Part shown: positions 23,706-36,100 of the stretch, in pieces
How the letters are laid out: every line of letters starts with the position of its first letter
Position numbering within the stretch: the first letter of the stretch is position 1
NCBI GenBank assembly: GCA_964247055.1
Contig: OZ176054.1
Coordinates: forward strand, 13,454,001-13,518,000
From: Paragordius varius
Taxonomy: Eukaryota; Animalia; Nematomorpha
Length of the DNA: 64,000 bases
Direction: 5' to 3'
Notes under the pieces: generated by a model
Told to the model about the DNA's origin: nothing
Seen by the model: the letters and a program-made list of their open reading frames with translations, nothing else
Database searches by the model: none
Program-made: the position numbers and the translations under genes

Positions 23706-24826
23706 CACTAGACAACAAATTTTAACTTTTTTTAACTGCCATCCTTGTAAATTTAAAATTTATTTTATTAAAGTACCTAATTAGTATATCTGAAGAAAAA
23801 ATTTGTCTAGCATGGAAGAATTTTTTTATATTAGAGTTTATCGATAATTTTTGGCCCCGATTTAACATTAAACTCGAAATTTCGAAAATTAAAAGTCTTA
23901 GATATGAAGCCATATATTTTATATCATTCGAAAGAGCGCAAAAAACTGCATCTTTTAAATGGTAGTAAGTCATTTAAATCAACCGGATGTAAAAGTTATA
24001 TGGATTTAAATGGTCGAAATTTTCAATCCTTAAATAATTCAAGAATTTTCACAGACAAACTAATTTGAAAATCATATAAATTATTTTAATATAATTATTA
24101 GGGTTATATTAATATTTAATTTTAAAAAAATGTTTGAAAAAGCTTTTGGTTTGCTTTTTTAATAATAATTATTATTATCATAAATATTTTACCTAGACCT
24201 AGTGGATACTAAAATGCATAGTTATAACTGTAAATTTATTACATAATGGCTATAAAAGATCAAAAATACCTTAAACTCTGTTTTTATCTTTAAAATTTCG
24301 AAATTATCAGCCTTATAAAAAAAATAAATTATTAATATTGATGAGATGGTAATTTTTAAAAAACAAAAAACTTAAAAATGGTTGTTTTGAGTGACATAAA
24401 AGCAATAAAAAAATGTTTTAATCAAAAAAACTTTTTTGTGTTATCTTTTTTGGACATTCATCACCATCTAAACAAAGTTTGAGCTATTTTCATCCATTAG
24501 TTTTAAAAATATAATAATTAAAAAAAATGCTCTCGCTTCGCGCGTTTGTCGCTCTTTGTGTCCAATATTAACTGTCGATGTAATACATATTAGTATGTTT
24601 ATAGAGTTTTTTACTCTTTCGAATGATATATTACAAATGGGCATTTGTTTTTCAAAGAAAAATATTTTTTAGTAAAATTTTGATAAAGAGGGCGCATAAT
24701 CAAAAAAATCAAATTATACAAAATTCTTCCAACGAGTTATAATTTATTTCAGATTTACTGTTAAAATGATACTAAATATCAGAAAATTCAAAAAACTCGA
24801 GTGGCAGAAAAATTTGTTGTCCAGTG
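23706..24826. mobile_element. Non-autonomous about 1.1-kb DNA transposon with CACT(A/G) termini and TTA target duplication (family D, copy 1)
   Basis: TTA|CACTAGACAACAAATTTT...AAATTTGTTGTCCAGTG|TTA. A near full-length inverted homolog lies at 39317-40423. Confidence 0.88.
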
Positions 24827-24968
24827 TTATTTGTGTGTTCTTAACGCAAAATCTAATAAATTGCACTTTGATTTTAGTTATTTTAAAATTCATATAGCTG
24901 GGCCTAACTTTTTTTCAATTATTATCATAAATACAACTAACAATAAATAAACAATTGAGTTTAAAATA

Positions 24969-25222
24969 CAGTGAAAACTAAAATTATACGGAAAAATCGT
25001 AGATATAGAAAGACAAATATTTCTTCTCAAAGACAATCATACTTTTTAAATTTCCAAAGTATGAAAACGATATGTAGATCGGTAAAACAATCAATTATAT
25101 ATTTTAACATGTTATATAATTTACATGAGAAAAATTAAGGATTAAAAAGGTATGGTTCTTTTGAAAAAAAATATTTGTGTTTATATTTTTACGTTTTGTC
25201 CGTAGAATTTCAACATTTACTA
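24969..25222. mobile_element. MITE family A
   Basis: TA|CAGTGAAAACTAAAATTATACGG left TIR; eroded right TIR. Confidence 0.85.
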
Positions 25223-25436
25223 AAGTACAAAATATATTTTGTAACGCGAAATTAGCCTTATTCCGGGAATAAATTAGAGGGTACATTCTCACTAAATCTA
25301 TGTAAATCGATATCGTAAAAATGTCTCCCTCATGTAAAGAATAACCCTTTGAACCTAATTTTGTTATCAATAACTGTTTAATTTATAATATATTTTAATG
25401 TTTTTATGGACGCCTATAATTTACTTGCGTTATGAT

Positions 25437-26120
25437 TAGGGTTGAGCATTTGACTGTTTTTTCAAAAAAGCCCGGTCAGACCCAGTCAGACCATGGTCAT
25501 GACCACTTTTTACTTAAGGATATATAATCCGATATTGGATGTTGTGAAAATAATGCTCTAACAACACTTGCGTTTCACTAATTATGTCATTTTATTCTAA
25601 AAGTTTGAATTATACATTTTTAGATATTTATTATTTACAAATATTTTCAATAAGTATTTTAAATAAATTTTGCTACATGTTTGTGGCCTTTTGAATCTTC
25701 AAATACACAGCTTTTAATAAGGGATCTTTTAAAAAATGGTTTTACCTAGTTTTTTTTACACTTTTTTATCAATGAATTAATATCCAAATATAAAATGTTT
25801 TTTATTTTATTGGTTCACATTCAAGGGAAAATTGCATATTTTGCACAAAATGGTTTTGTTATTATATAACGGGATATGCTTAAATGCTTATGTTATTACA
25901 TGTTTAACAATTTTTGATATATTGTTAAATAAGCATATTTGAATATAAATTAATTAATACATTTAATTATTTAATTTATATAACATATATTAAAAAAACA
26001 ATAAAATCTTGCTACCTCTCTTTCAAAAAAAATTTACTAGCGATTTTTTATAAAACGGTGTTTTTTCAAATGACCATGGTTAAAAAATAAATAGTCACTA
26101 TCCTGGTCATGACATCCCTA
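25437..26120. mobile_element. Old hAT-like non-autonomous element
   Basis: TAGGGTTGAG...CATCCCTA termini, with GACCATGGTCATGACC subterminal motifs at both ends; flanks match only 5/8. Confidence 0.5.
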
Positions 26121-27919
26121 ATTATTACGCATATGTAGGAAAACCGTATAAAATAAGATTAATATGATGAAAATTTGGAATATTATTATTTTTCAATAGT
26201 AAAGAAGTTTCACAAAAAGTATAAAAATGCCAGATACATTTAATCGTATACATATAATATCCTAATTAATGTTAAATCAAAGTCGGTGTATATCAAATGC
26301 TATGTTATAGTTTAAAAGCTTTTTATAAAATAAATAGCAAACATTTTGCCGATTAGAATTCATAGGGTTATTATTTATCAATATTATAGATGTGGGCTCC
26401 TCTTCATATCCTATTATATTTCGGCGTATAAAAAAATTGTCAGCATAACAAAAAATTTGTCCGCATAACAAAAAATTTATCCGCATATTCAAAATTTTAA
26501 TCTTTTGATTTTAACAATATGTCTGTTATAAAAAAATTATGTCTGTTGGTTTAAAAATTCGTCCGGATGATTACATATTTTACTGTAATAATTTAATCAA
26601 TTATGGTCTAGAAAATAGGATTTTTCAGTACAGTAAGCGATACCATCAATCATCTCGTGTAAGCATATATTGTAATCATAGTGTGAAAATTTGGAATCAA
26701 AAATGTATTCTATTATATTTTTATATAAAGCATTCAGAATTCGAAAAATTTTGTGGGTTGTGTTAAACCCAATCGATTAATTAGCTATTTTGAATGATTC
26801 AGTTCATAAATATTTTATAATTTAAATGTCTAAACTTAGTAAATCTGATATTTGTAAAATAGATATTCAAAGTCCGTTTTCAATGAGTCATGATGATATT
26901 TAAGCGTCCAAAATCTAAAATTAGATATTTTAAAATAAATTTATATGTACTTATAAAAATTTTATTTTTATATGACGGTTTTAGAGCTTGAAAAACTTGA
27001 CAATATCTTTTTGAAAGTGCCTATTTTATATGCACTCCTTCCCCATCATTTTGTAATAGCATATATGGAAACTCCTAAAGTATGAAAAGAAAAGTTGAAG
27101 AGTATTAATTAAATTTTAAAATTTTTCACTCTTAAAGCCACTATTTGTTATTAAATTAGTTTTGATTCATATTTTATCCAAAAAAATTATGTATTTTTTC
27201 ATCTTAGGTTCCCCGCGTCATCAAATTATGATAATTTGTAAAATAATAATTTTAAATCAGGATTTATTTTGTGTGCCATTTATTTTGTAATGTAGTATAA
27301 TTTGAGGTATTTTAAATTTGAGCAATTACTCATGAGTTTTGATATAACGTTTTGAAATGACTTAGTCCCCAAACTAAAAGCGTACCAGAACTTATATTTT
27401 GTGTTATTATAAATTTTACCATATTTTACTAAGAAATCTCTAATATACCAATGATAATCCTTGCTTAAATATGGGAGTTTAAATTGAATTATTAATTCTT
27501 TGTTTACTAATGTTATAAACACTTATTAAAATCAGCCAGCGATACATTTTTTATGTATCACTAACCTAATTATATATAGAGTTTGGAGCTTTTATTACTG
27601 TCAAACATGCAAAATTTGTTAGGTATTTGAATTTTTATGGACACATTAATCCATTTCGTTTACTTTACACTATAATACCCCTTATATATTTATAATTCAA
27701 TATGTAATGTATAATTATTCCAAAACTTTATGATTTTAATGGATTGTGTCCTGTATAATAAGAATAATGATAAAAATGCGTTGTAAAAATTTCGGCGGTA
27801 GATAATGGAATGAGGGCTAACATAAACCCCATTTTGACCAGACTATATTTGATCATTTTCATTTCTGGCGTAATGCATATATCTGGATTAGGCAATGACA
27901 CTTCTATTATATATATAGA

Positions 27920-28504
27920 GTAAAAACTAAAATTATACGGATAAAACATAAAAATAAAGACAAATATTTTTTTCTAAAAGAAAACCATATTTTGTAAACC
28001 TTGATTTTTTTAAATATAAATATTTGTTTTAAATTGCAAATATAAATAGTAATGTAAATTGGTAGCACAATCAATGTAGTTTACGATTGTAATTGAATAT
28101 TTTATATAGCAAAAATTACAAAAAGTATGGTTGTCTTTTATAAAAAAATTCATGTCTTTATATATTTATATTTTGTCCGTATAATTTTAGTTACTGTATA
28201 TAATAAATATGAAATTTTACAGGCGAAAAAACGCAAAAATATAGACATCTATTTTTTTCAAACGACAACTACTTTATACATAATAACAATGTTTGACACA
28301 TAAATTTTAACTAAAAAACCGTCAAAACAGGTTTAATTACAAGAACCCCCCATATGTAAGCGCGAACAAAAAAATTGAAATGATGAAAATTGTTAAATGA
28401 GTTATATTTAAAAAATCAAGTTTATAAAATCAGCGAGCGGTCTATTGAAAAAATATTTGTCTTTATAATTTTGCGTTTTAATCTTATTATTTCAATTATA
28501 CTGT
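27920..28504. mobile_element. Two adjacent MITE family A copies (about 27920-28196 and 28200-28504)
   Basis: Each has inverted arms ending ACTG|TA. Confidence 0.75.
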
Positions 28505-28697
28505 AAATTTTGTTAGAATGGATAAATTTGAAAAAGATATCTGAAGAAACATCACTAATTATCCGCAATTATAAATAGCTTTTGTCACAAACTAATAAAT
28601 AATTTATCCATATTTTTTAAAAATATGTTTTATCAAAATTTTAGTACTATATATTTAAAATGCCAAATTAATCAGAAATACTGACATATATATATAC

Positions 28698-29274
28698 CTC
28701 GCTTTTGTGTTGATGTTAAATCTGGTAGTTTTCCTTTTTGGTGAATGAACCTTAAGAGACGACAAGATTTTTCAGGATCCTTGGAATTTTCATTACATAT
28801 ATAATTATTTAAAGTATGATTGGTAGATTTGAAAGTATTAAAGCATTTAATATCAAATATTTGGTTTGGTATTTGTTTCCTGTCTTTGACATTGGTAAGA
28901 CAAACTTGTTTATATAGATATTTATTCTCAAAATGATGTTTTTGGTTAACATAATTGTTGGTTGTAGGTAGATTGTATATGGATTGATTAAATAATTTAT
29001 TTGATTTATTTTGTAGCAAAATTGATTTTTTGATTTTATATTTTTTTCTGTAAGGATTAATATCATCAGATTTTAACGCATATGTTCCCGTCTTTTTCCG
29101 TTTAGAAACTGTTTGAGAAATTTTTCTGAAAAAACGATCCCTGACCTCTTTGTAAGCCAAAAAGGCCAAAATAATGATGAGTGTAGTGGCAAGAAAAACC
29201 GCTATGCGTAATCCTTTCATGGGGTTATAACTTCTAAAAAAATTTAACCATAAACAGTATAAAATTAACCACAT
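28698..29274 (-). CDS. Probable first exon of a type II membrane (signal-anchor) protein of unknown function
   Basis: 200-codon ORF in about 75% AT DNA, with MKGLRIAVFLATTLIIILAFLAY followed by a basic stem region. A donor G|GTATAT at 28697 is phase-compatible with an acceptor near 27903 (EVSLPNPDIC...). No family recognised. Confidence 0.5.
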
Positions 29275-30899
29275 ATCAAATACAACCTCTTGACAGACAT
29301 TTCAAATTAAAAATTTTATAAAAGCTTCAACACCTTAAATAATTTGAGAGTTTTTAAAAATTGTTAAAATAATTAGATATTTAATATTATCAAGTTTACT
29401 AATGATTTGTTTTGGCTTTGCTTCATAAATTTATTACAAAAAATTATTAATAGTTATTTTGGATGCGGAAGCGATTGTGAAAAATTTAATTATATCATTC
29501 AATTTTGTGTTTTTTTAACTGTATGGTTTGTAATAGAATTATATTTGGATATTTATAAAATAGCTCTAAGCAAATGATTAATATATAAAATTTGAAATAT
29601 TACATTAAATTAAAATTAATTTTTTAGGTTAAAAAACATATATAAATTATAAAATAAAGAGCTCTTACTCATAAAGAATCCGTTTACTTTCTTCTTTAAT
29701 AGCTGAATACAAATTATGAATTTTAGGAGTCTGGGTTGTTGTATTCATTTGAAAAAAAATTTGCTATCGAGATATAATTGATATTGGTAAGAAAGAAAAA
29801 AATTGAACGTAATTTTCAATTTTTATTCATAAACTTTAAAAGTTTTCTCACGATTGAATCCAAATGCCACCAATCGGTATTGGCAAAGCGATTGAAATAG
29901 ATAAAAAAATTTATTGAGCATAATATGTTATATTAAATCACACACCTTTAAAATTACTGCTAAAAGATTAGACTAGAACCTTCTAATAATGTCTCTATAC
30001 GATATAATAATGAGATAAAATAGATAAATCAATAAAGAAGTGAGTTCGCACTCGCATTGTTTTTAGTTAACCACCTATATATTTTAGATGTGCGCTATTT
30101 TTTAAAACGAGAAGATAATACGCGTTTTTAGACAAGATACTCTCATGTATACCAGAACGCATAAGCTTTTTATTTTAAATTTAGATATCTATCAACAACA
30201 CACACAAAACATTGCTATTGTTAAATAGTGTGATTTATTAGTTTTGTATCACATTTAGATTTATTATTTAATCCGTCTTTAGTTACGTATTAAAATATAG
30301 TTAAAATTATATAAACAGTCATGTATCCTTTATTTTATCAAAAATTTATTTTTTTCTCGTTAAATGAGTATAAATATTTGGTAAAGAATGGAAAAAACAA
30401 GAGTATGGTATTAACAATATCATATTCATCAAAAAAGTATAAGAATTACCATAGAGATAGAGCTCTTGTTTTTTCCATTCTTAACTAAATATTTATACCC
30501 ATTTAACGAAAAAAAATAAATTTTTGATAAAATAAAGGATACATGACTGTAATGGAAATATATAACATTATTTTCGAAAAATGATAACATAGATTTAAAA
30601 CGCTTGAATAAAAATCATGCAGGCAGCAAATTGGGTAGTTGACCCTTGAAATGGATATTCCAAAGAATATATGTTTATACCAGGTGTAATCATAAGCAAA
30701 TATCATTTTAACTACGAAAAGACGTTAGTTAAAAGTAGGGAAACGATTAATTTGATACACATAACATTATATTAATTTGACATTAAACGACAAATACGCA
30801 CAAGTTATGGCATACATTGTCATCAGGGGAAAAAACTGTAGAAAGTTATTGTTTGCTGGCCAGTACATTGGTGAGCATGTAACACATGGTAAACATAGC

Positions 30900-31650
30900 T
30901 TGGAAAAATTATAAATTGTGGTTTCGTGTGAATGAGTTTTGGGCGCTATGGAAGACAGTACAACTACAAAGATGATTAAGTCCAAGAATTTTTGGATAAT
31001 CCCAAAACTCATTATTGGCAAAAATAACATCGATTACAAATATCAATCATTAGACGTCTCCGAGAAATGGGATATGCCAATAAACTCAGTAAATGGGGCC
31101 AATACAATTTAAATGAACGTCAAATCAAAAATCGTAAAAACGTCACAAGAAGTCATTAAATCGAATTGGGACGGGTGTTGAGAAAGTCCTTTATTATGTA
31201 AATCAAAAGGGGAAAAATCGTGGCATGCATGCCAAGTTCCACAATAAAGCCAAATGGCTTCGACAAAACATTACACTTTCTGTTTGATGGGTCCAAAGCG
31301 GTATTAACAACTTTTGACCAAATTGTTTATAACCAACATGCTAACAACTAACCATGCATTAATCAAAAAAAATCGGAAAAAGCTAGAAAACATGACAAAG
31401 TGGTTTGGCAAGATGACACTATGTCTCACACAGCAAACAATAAAAGTTACTTTAAAATCGATGTGAAATTTCCCACCGTTGAATATTTATAAAATGACCC
31501 CATCTATCAATACAACTATGCATGGGACACAGTCTCGTAGAACAGCATTTCAAATGACTTGAATGGTTGGCCGCAAAAGTCAATCAGTTTTTGCACGGGA
31601 TTCATATATTAACCGAGAGATAAGCAAAATCAACTTTTAATATCAGAATG
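30900..31650 (+). pseudogene. Decayed mariner (DD34D-type) transposase
   Basis: Across stops and frameshifts: IIRRLREMGYANKLSKWGQYNL (WVPHEL-like), NRIGTGVEKVLYYVN (IVTGDEKW-like), TLSV*WVQSGI (MLTVWW-like) and VVWQDDTMSHTA (LLHDNARPH-like). Confidence 0.7.
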
Positions 31651-32074
31651 TTATTAGCCTCTACTAGATTGTATCTTAATTCTGTGCCCCATATAGGGAA
31701 TATTTTAAAAGAGTTATTTGAAAACGCGTCCTTTTGGCACAACTTAAGATAGATTATTGTGGGTGGATTTAAAATTATGTTTTTTGAATTAGAGAAAAAT
31801 AACCCGTTGCCCATTGAAATAATAATTACAGGTTTTCGAAAATTACTAACTACAATTTTATAATTTTAACACTGATGATCATATGATGATCCCAGAAATT
31901 TTGAGGCTTTACTATGTTGAGAGATTCATATAGATATACAAATTCAGGTGGACCTCCAATTATGGATAACTGGTTCAAGGCTTTGATTTATTGTAGGCTG
32001 ATAGCATAATTTAGTAAGCTAAACCCAGTTTAATACAAATAACCAATCACAATCGGCATAAAAAATAGCCAAGT

Positions 32075-32233
32075 TCAGTGATACTTAAACCGCGGTTCGT
32101 GGGCCGCATACGAGCCTAAAAGTGCCTTTTTATGGTCCTGTATATCTGCAAATTTGTAAAAGAGTCATAAAATTCTCATCGGTTTTATGGCTGAGAAAGA
32201 TTGGTCCTTTAAATTTTATGGTCAGTACCACTG
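32075..32233. mobile_element. hAT-type MITE
   Basis: CAGTGATACTTAAACCGCGG...GGGCCGCATACG...GGTCAGTACCACTG. Confidence 0.6.
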
Positions 32234-32752
32234 GCTAAATCTATAAGTGACTTCAAATGTCCCCTACGTGGTAAATTGCCTCAAATTACGATATTTAAGG
32301 GCCCATTTCCAAATGGGATGGAAGCAGTTGTGACGATCGATATAATCAGAATTTATGCTACTACCTCTGTGCATTATCGTATTGGTTACAAATAACGCTT
32401 TATAAACCTAGAGATATCGTTTTTTAAAAATAATTAATGCTTAACTTAGGACAGGATCATTGATACGTACATAAATAACTGGGATATTTTCTGAAAATAT
32501 AGTTAACTTTTTAAAATTATTATAAAAGATCTGGGCTAAAGACAGAAATTAATAAAAGCGCTTGTTATGCATATGGACGCATTATTCGCAAACAAAAATT
32601 AAATTCCATAGTCATTTCGAAAAATCGCTAATAACATAAAATTAAAAATTATAGCACAACAATATGTTTTGATTGAAAACAGTATATAAATGGCCTTTTT
32701 ATATTTAAATATATAATTTCTAAATAATTGCTTTAGTTTAGTAAATTACTTA

Positions 32753-33031
32753 CAGTAAAAACTGAAATTATACGGACAAAAGGTAAGACAAATATTTTTC
32801 AAAAGATAACCATACTTTTTTGAACCTTTATTTTCTCATACAAATTATATAATTACAATTGTAAAATATATAATTGTTTTTTTACCAATATACATATCAA
32901 TTTCCTACTTTGCGATTTCAAACAATGACTATTATTTAAATAATTCAATATTTAAAAAGCATGGTTTACCTTATAGAAAAAAATATTTGTCCTTATATTT
33001 TTACGTATAATTTTAATTTTAATTTTTACTG
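32753..33031. mobile_element. MITE family A
   Basis: TA|CAGT...ACTG|TA. Confidence 0.9.
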
Positions 33032-33141
33032 TAATTATAATATGTGGATAGATAGAGAAATAAATCGAAAATTCATCCATATATTTTATTTCCATTGTTC
33101 ACATTAAACCATCTGCATTCTTACCTTTAAAACAAAATTAT

Positions 33142-36100
33142 CTACTGAGATATTTCATTCATAATGTTTCGATATTTCAATTGTGTTCGATGCATATCAA
33201 GAAAAATCTCATATTTTGCCGCATAAAAAGCAGTTAGATGGGAATAAGGTCGTAAAATTTGGCCATCACATTTCATTCGGTCCATCATATCCTATCAATT
33301 AAAAAAAAAAACTTAAAATTTAAATTAAAAAATTTCAAATAAAATTTTAAATTTATCCAAAAAACTTGTTCTTACAAAAACTTTGAGTGGACTGGATTGT
33401 GGCAAACAATTTTTTTCGTAAGTATAGGCACCCATTAAAGCAATACCCAGCATTACACAATGCTCTTGATTGGCGGGTAGTATGACAATTTTACCTTTAA
33501 AATGTGACAAGTTTATGGTTAAATTACAATAAAAACTGAAATTATATGGACAAAATGTAAAAATATAAAGGCAAATATTTTTTCTAAAAGACAACCAACT
33601 ATTTATATTTTAAATTTTATTTCAATATAACTCATTGTTTTAAATGGCAGTGAAACAGAGATAAATATTACTAACACAATCAATTCTATTAACAATTGTA
33701 ACTAAATAGCTTATATGAAAAAAATTAAAGTATAAAAAAGTATGGTTGTCGTTTAGATAAAAATAATTGCCTTTATTTTTTCATGTTTTGTCCGTATAAT
33801 TTCAATTTTTACTGTATAAAAATAGTGTATATAGCAAACTTCTTTTAGTGTAGTATACGCGATATCACAAAAATGTAAAAAATTTATTTATCAATAAGGA
33901 TAATTTCAAACAAAAAAAGTTAAAATATGCCCACAAAAAAGTTTCTCAAAAAATATTTGACTGTTAAAAGAAATTACCAGTAACATCGGCAACTATTTGA
34001 GCAAACAAAGTATTATGACATAATCCACCGCCAATATGGATCACATCAATCTTATATCCACCTTCCGTAATAAGTTTGCTTATTATGAGCCTAATATATT
34101 TTTTATAAATAAAAGGAAAAGATTTTTATAGAATATACAGTAAAAATTATAGAGACAAAACGTAAAGACGAATATTTTTTATCAAAAGACAACCAAACTT
34201 TTTTAACCTTAATTTTTACTATGTAAATTATTTAACTAGAATTGTAAATATATAAATGATTGTGTTACCAATTTACATATTTATTTTAATACTTTGCAAT
34301 AAAACAATGAGTTTACAAAAAAATCACAAGTTTAAAAAAGTATTGTGGTGGTCTTTTGAAAATAAACTTTGTGTCTTTATGTTTAACATTGGTTATAATT
34401 ATTTTTTTTCTTAATATATGTTAGAAATAATTCAAAATTAATATATATATGGATATAAATTAATACCTAACACCCATAGCTAAAGCTTGCATAAGTGCAA
34501 TGTATAAGGCAACCATAGAACTTGTAGTCAAGACATCCATTCCAATAATCTAAAGAAAATGTTAAATTCTCTTTTCTTGGGTAAAAATTTAAATCTGTTA
34601 ATACCTATTAAAATGATTATATTATAATATAATCAATTGGTTTTCTTTATGACCTTCGGACTCCAAATTAGGCATTTATATAAATTAGTCGCTTAGATTT
34701 TCGAAAATATTATTTACCATTTACAATTCAAATTCGCCCTTAAAAAATTCAAAACCCTAAAATAAAAGATTAAATATTTCTTATATTTTTTTTATACTTT
34801 TAAAAAATGAAATTTTGTTTAAAATATAAATAATACTGAAAAAATGATAAACTATGCCATAAAGATATATTTCATATTAATAACACTAGTCGACAAATTT
34901 GGACATTTTTAAACACCACCACTCAAACTTTTTAAATTATGACTAATTTCAGTGTTTTAAAACCGAATTTGAAAAAAAAATTGATCCCGCCAATCAGAAT
35001 TTTGAAATTTTATAGGTTTTTCAATTTTTCAAAAACAAGTGAAAATCGAGAGATAATTAAATATAACTTATAATAAAATGTTATTATATTATAAACTTAA
35101 TATCATTTAATAAAGCGTTTTAAACTCTATCTTTTGAATATAAATATGTCATTTAAATATCAGAGAGAAAAAAATAGTACGGACTTAAACGTCAAAATTT
35201 AGTCTTTTTCTTTCAAGTGAATTTTTAATACGTATAAAAATTTTTTAAAAAAAACTAAAAAAGGCATTCTATGGTTTAAACCTTCGGCTTTTAGATAGGC
35301 TATATTTTTTTTGTTAGTTTTCGTCCTTTAGAGTACTTATTAGGCTTTTTTTCTTGAGTTGGTTCTTACAAAAAATCCTTTATTTATACCTAGTGGATAT
35401 GCTTTATTTTTTAAAATTATTGGTTGTTTTGTATTTTTAATTTCAGATGGATGTTGTGTAACCACTTTTAGTAGAATTTACTATTATGGGATTGGACCAT
35501 TTGTATTTACGTAATCTTTTTATTCAATTTAATTGTAGAATTTATCTAACTTTATTCTGTGAATTGGTTAATTTGACATGTCAATTTGCCTGGATTTTGC
35601 TTGCAAGTCTCTCTTATCGGGCTTTACGATTACTTATTGTTATCTTTGCCATATCTGGCATAATTGGATCGCTTGGGGGATATGCAGAGCTTGTGCAGCC
35701 GCCCGGATCTATCACACTATACTAAGCCCTTTTAATTTTTAATACTTTGGCTCTTAGCATGTTTAGTATCTTATTTAATGCCTAGAATTTGTTATCCATG
35801 CATGAAAAATTACTTGTATCGACTTGCTTGTTTGAATATTTAAACATATGTACACGAGGAATGATTGCTATTTTTGAATTAAATACAAATTTAAAAATTA
35901 AATTTTGGAAAAATCCTATTGGTGGCCTCAATTTTCTTTTTTGTTTTGGCCTTTCCATGCCATTAGGTATCAGAAAATGCAAAAATAATGGGGTGGTGCA
36001 AAACCTTGTTGAGCAGTGTAATATTTCGGAAACATAATATATTTTTAGGGTGATTTTGAATTGTTCAAGATTGAATTTGAATTGCGAAGGCGAGTTTGAA

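Noticed and set aside
23722-23973. Short ORF-track calls in MITEs and family D (e.g. 8052, 11360, 12033, 13111, 16018, 18054, 23722, 25104, 37913, 38746)
   Set aside because: They are translations of TIR or AT-rich repeat sequence or antisense shadows of real exons, with no independent coding signal.
28325-28345. Spliced-leader-like GGTTTAATTAC
   Set aside because: An 11-nt match to nematode SL1 only, inside a MITE, with no donor or Sm site; expected by chance in AT-rich DNA.
35344-35725. A confident nested antisense membrane-protein gene in the FGGY intron
   Set aside because: It lies inside a TSD-bounded transposon, has no clear start exon, and needs a 28-nt intron. Kept only as an unresolved finding.
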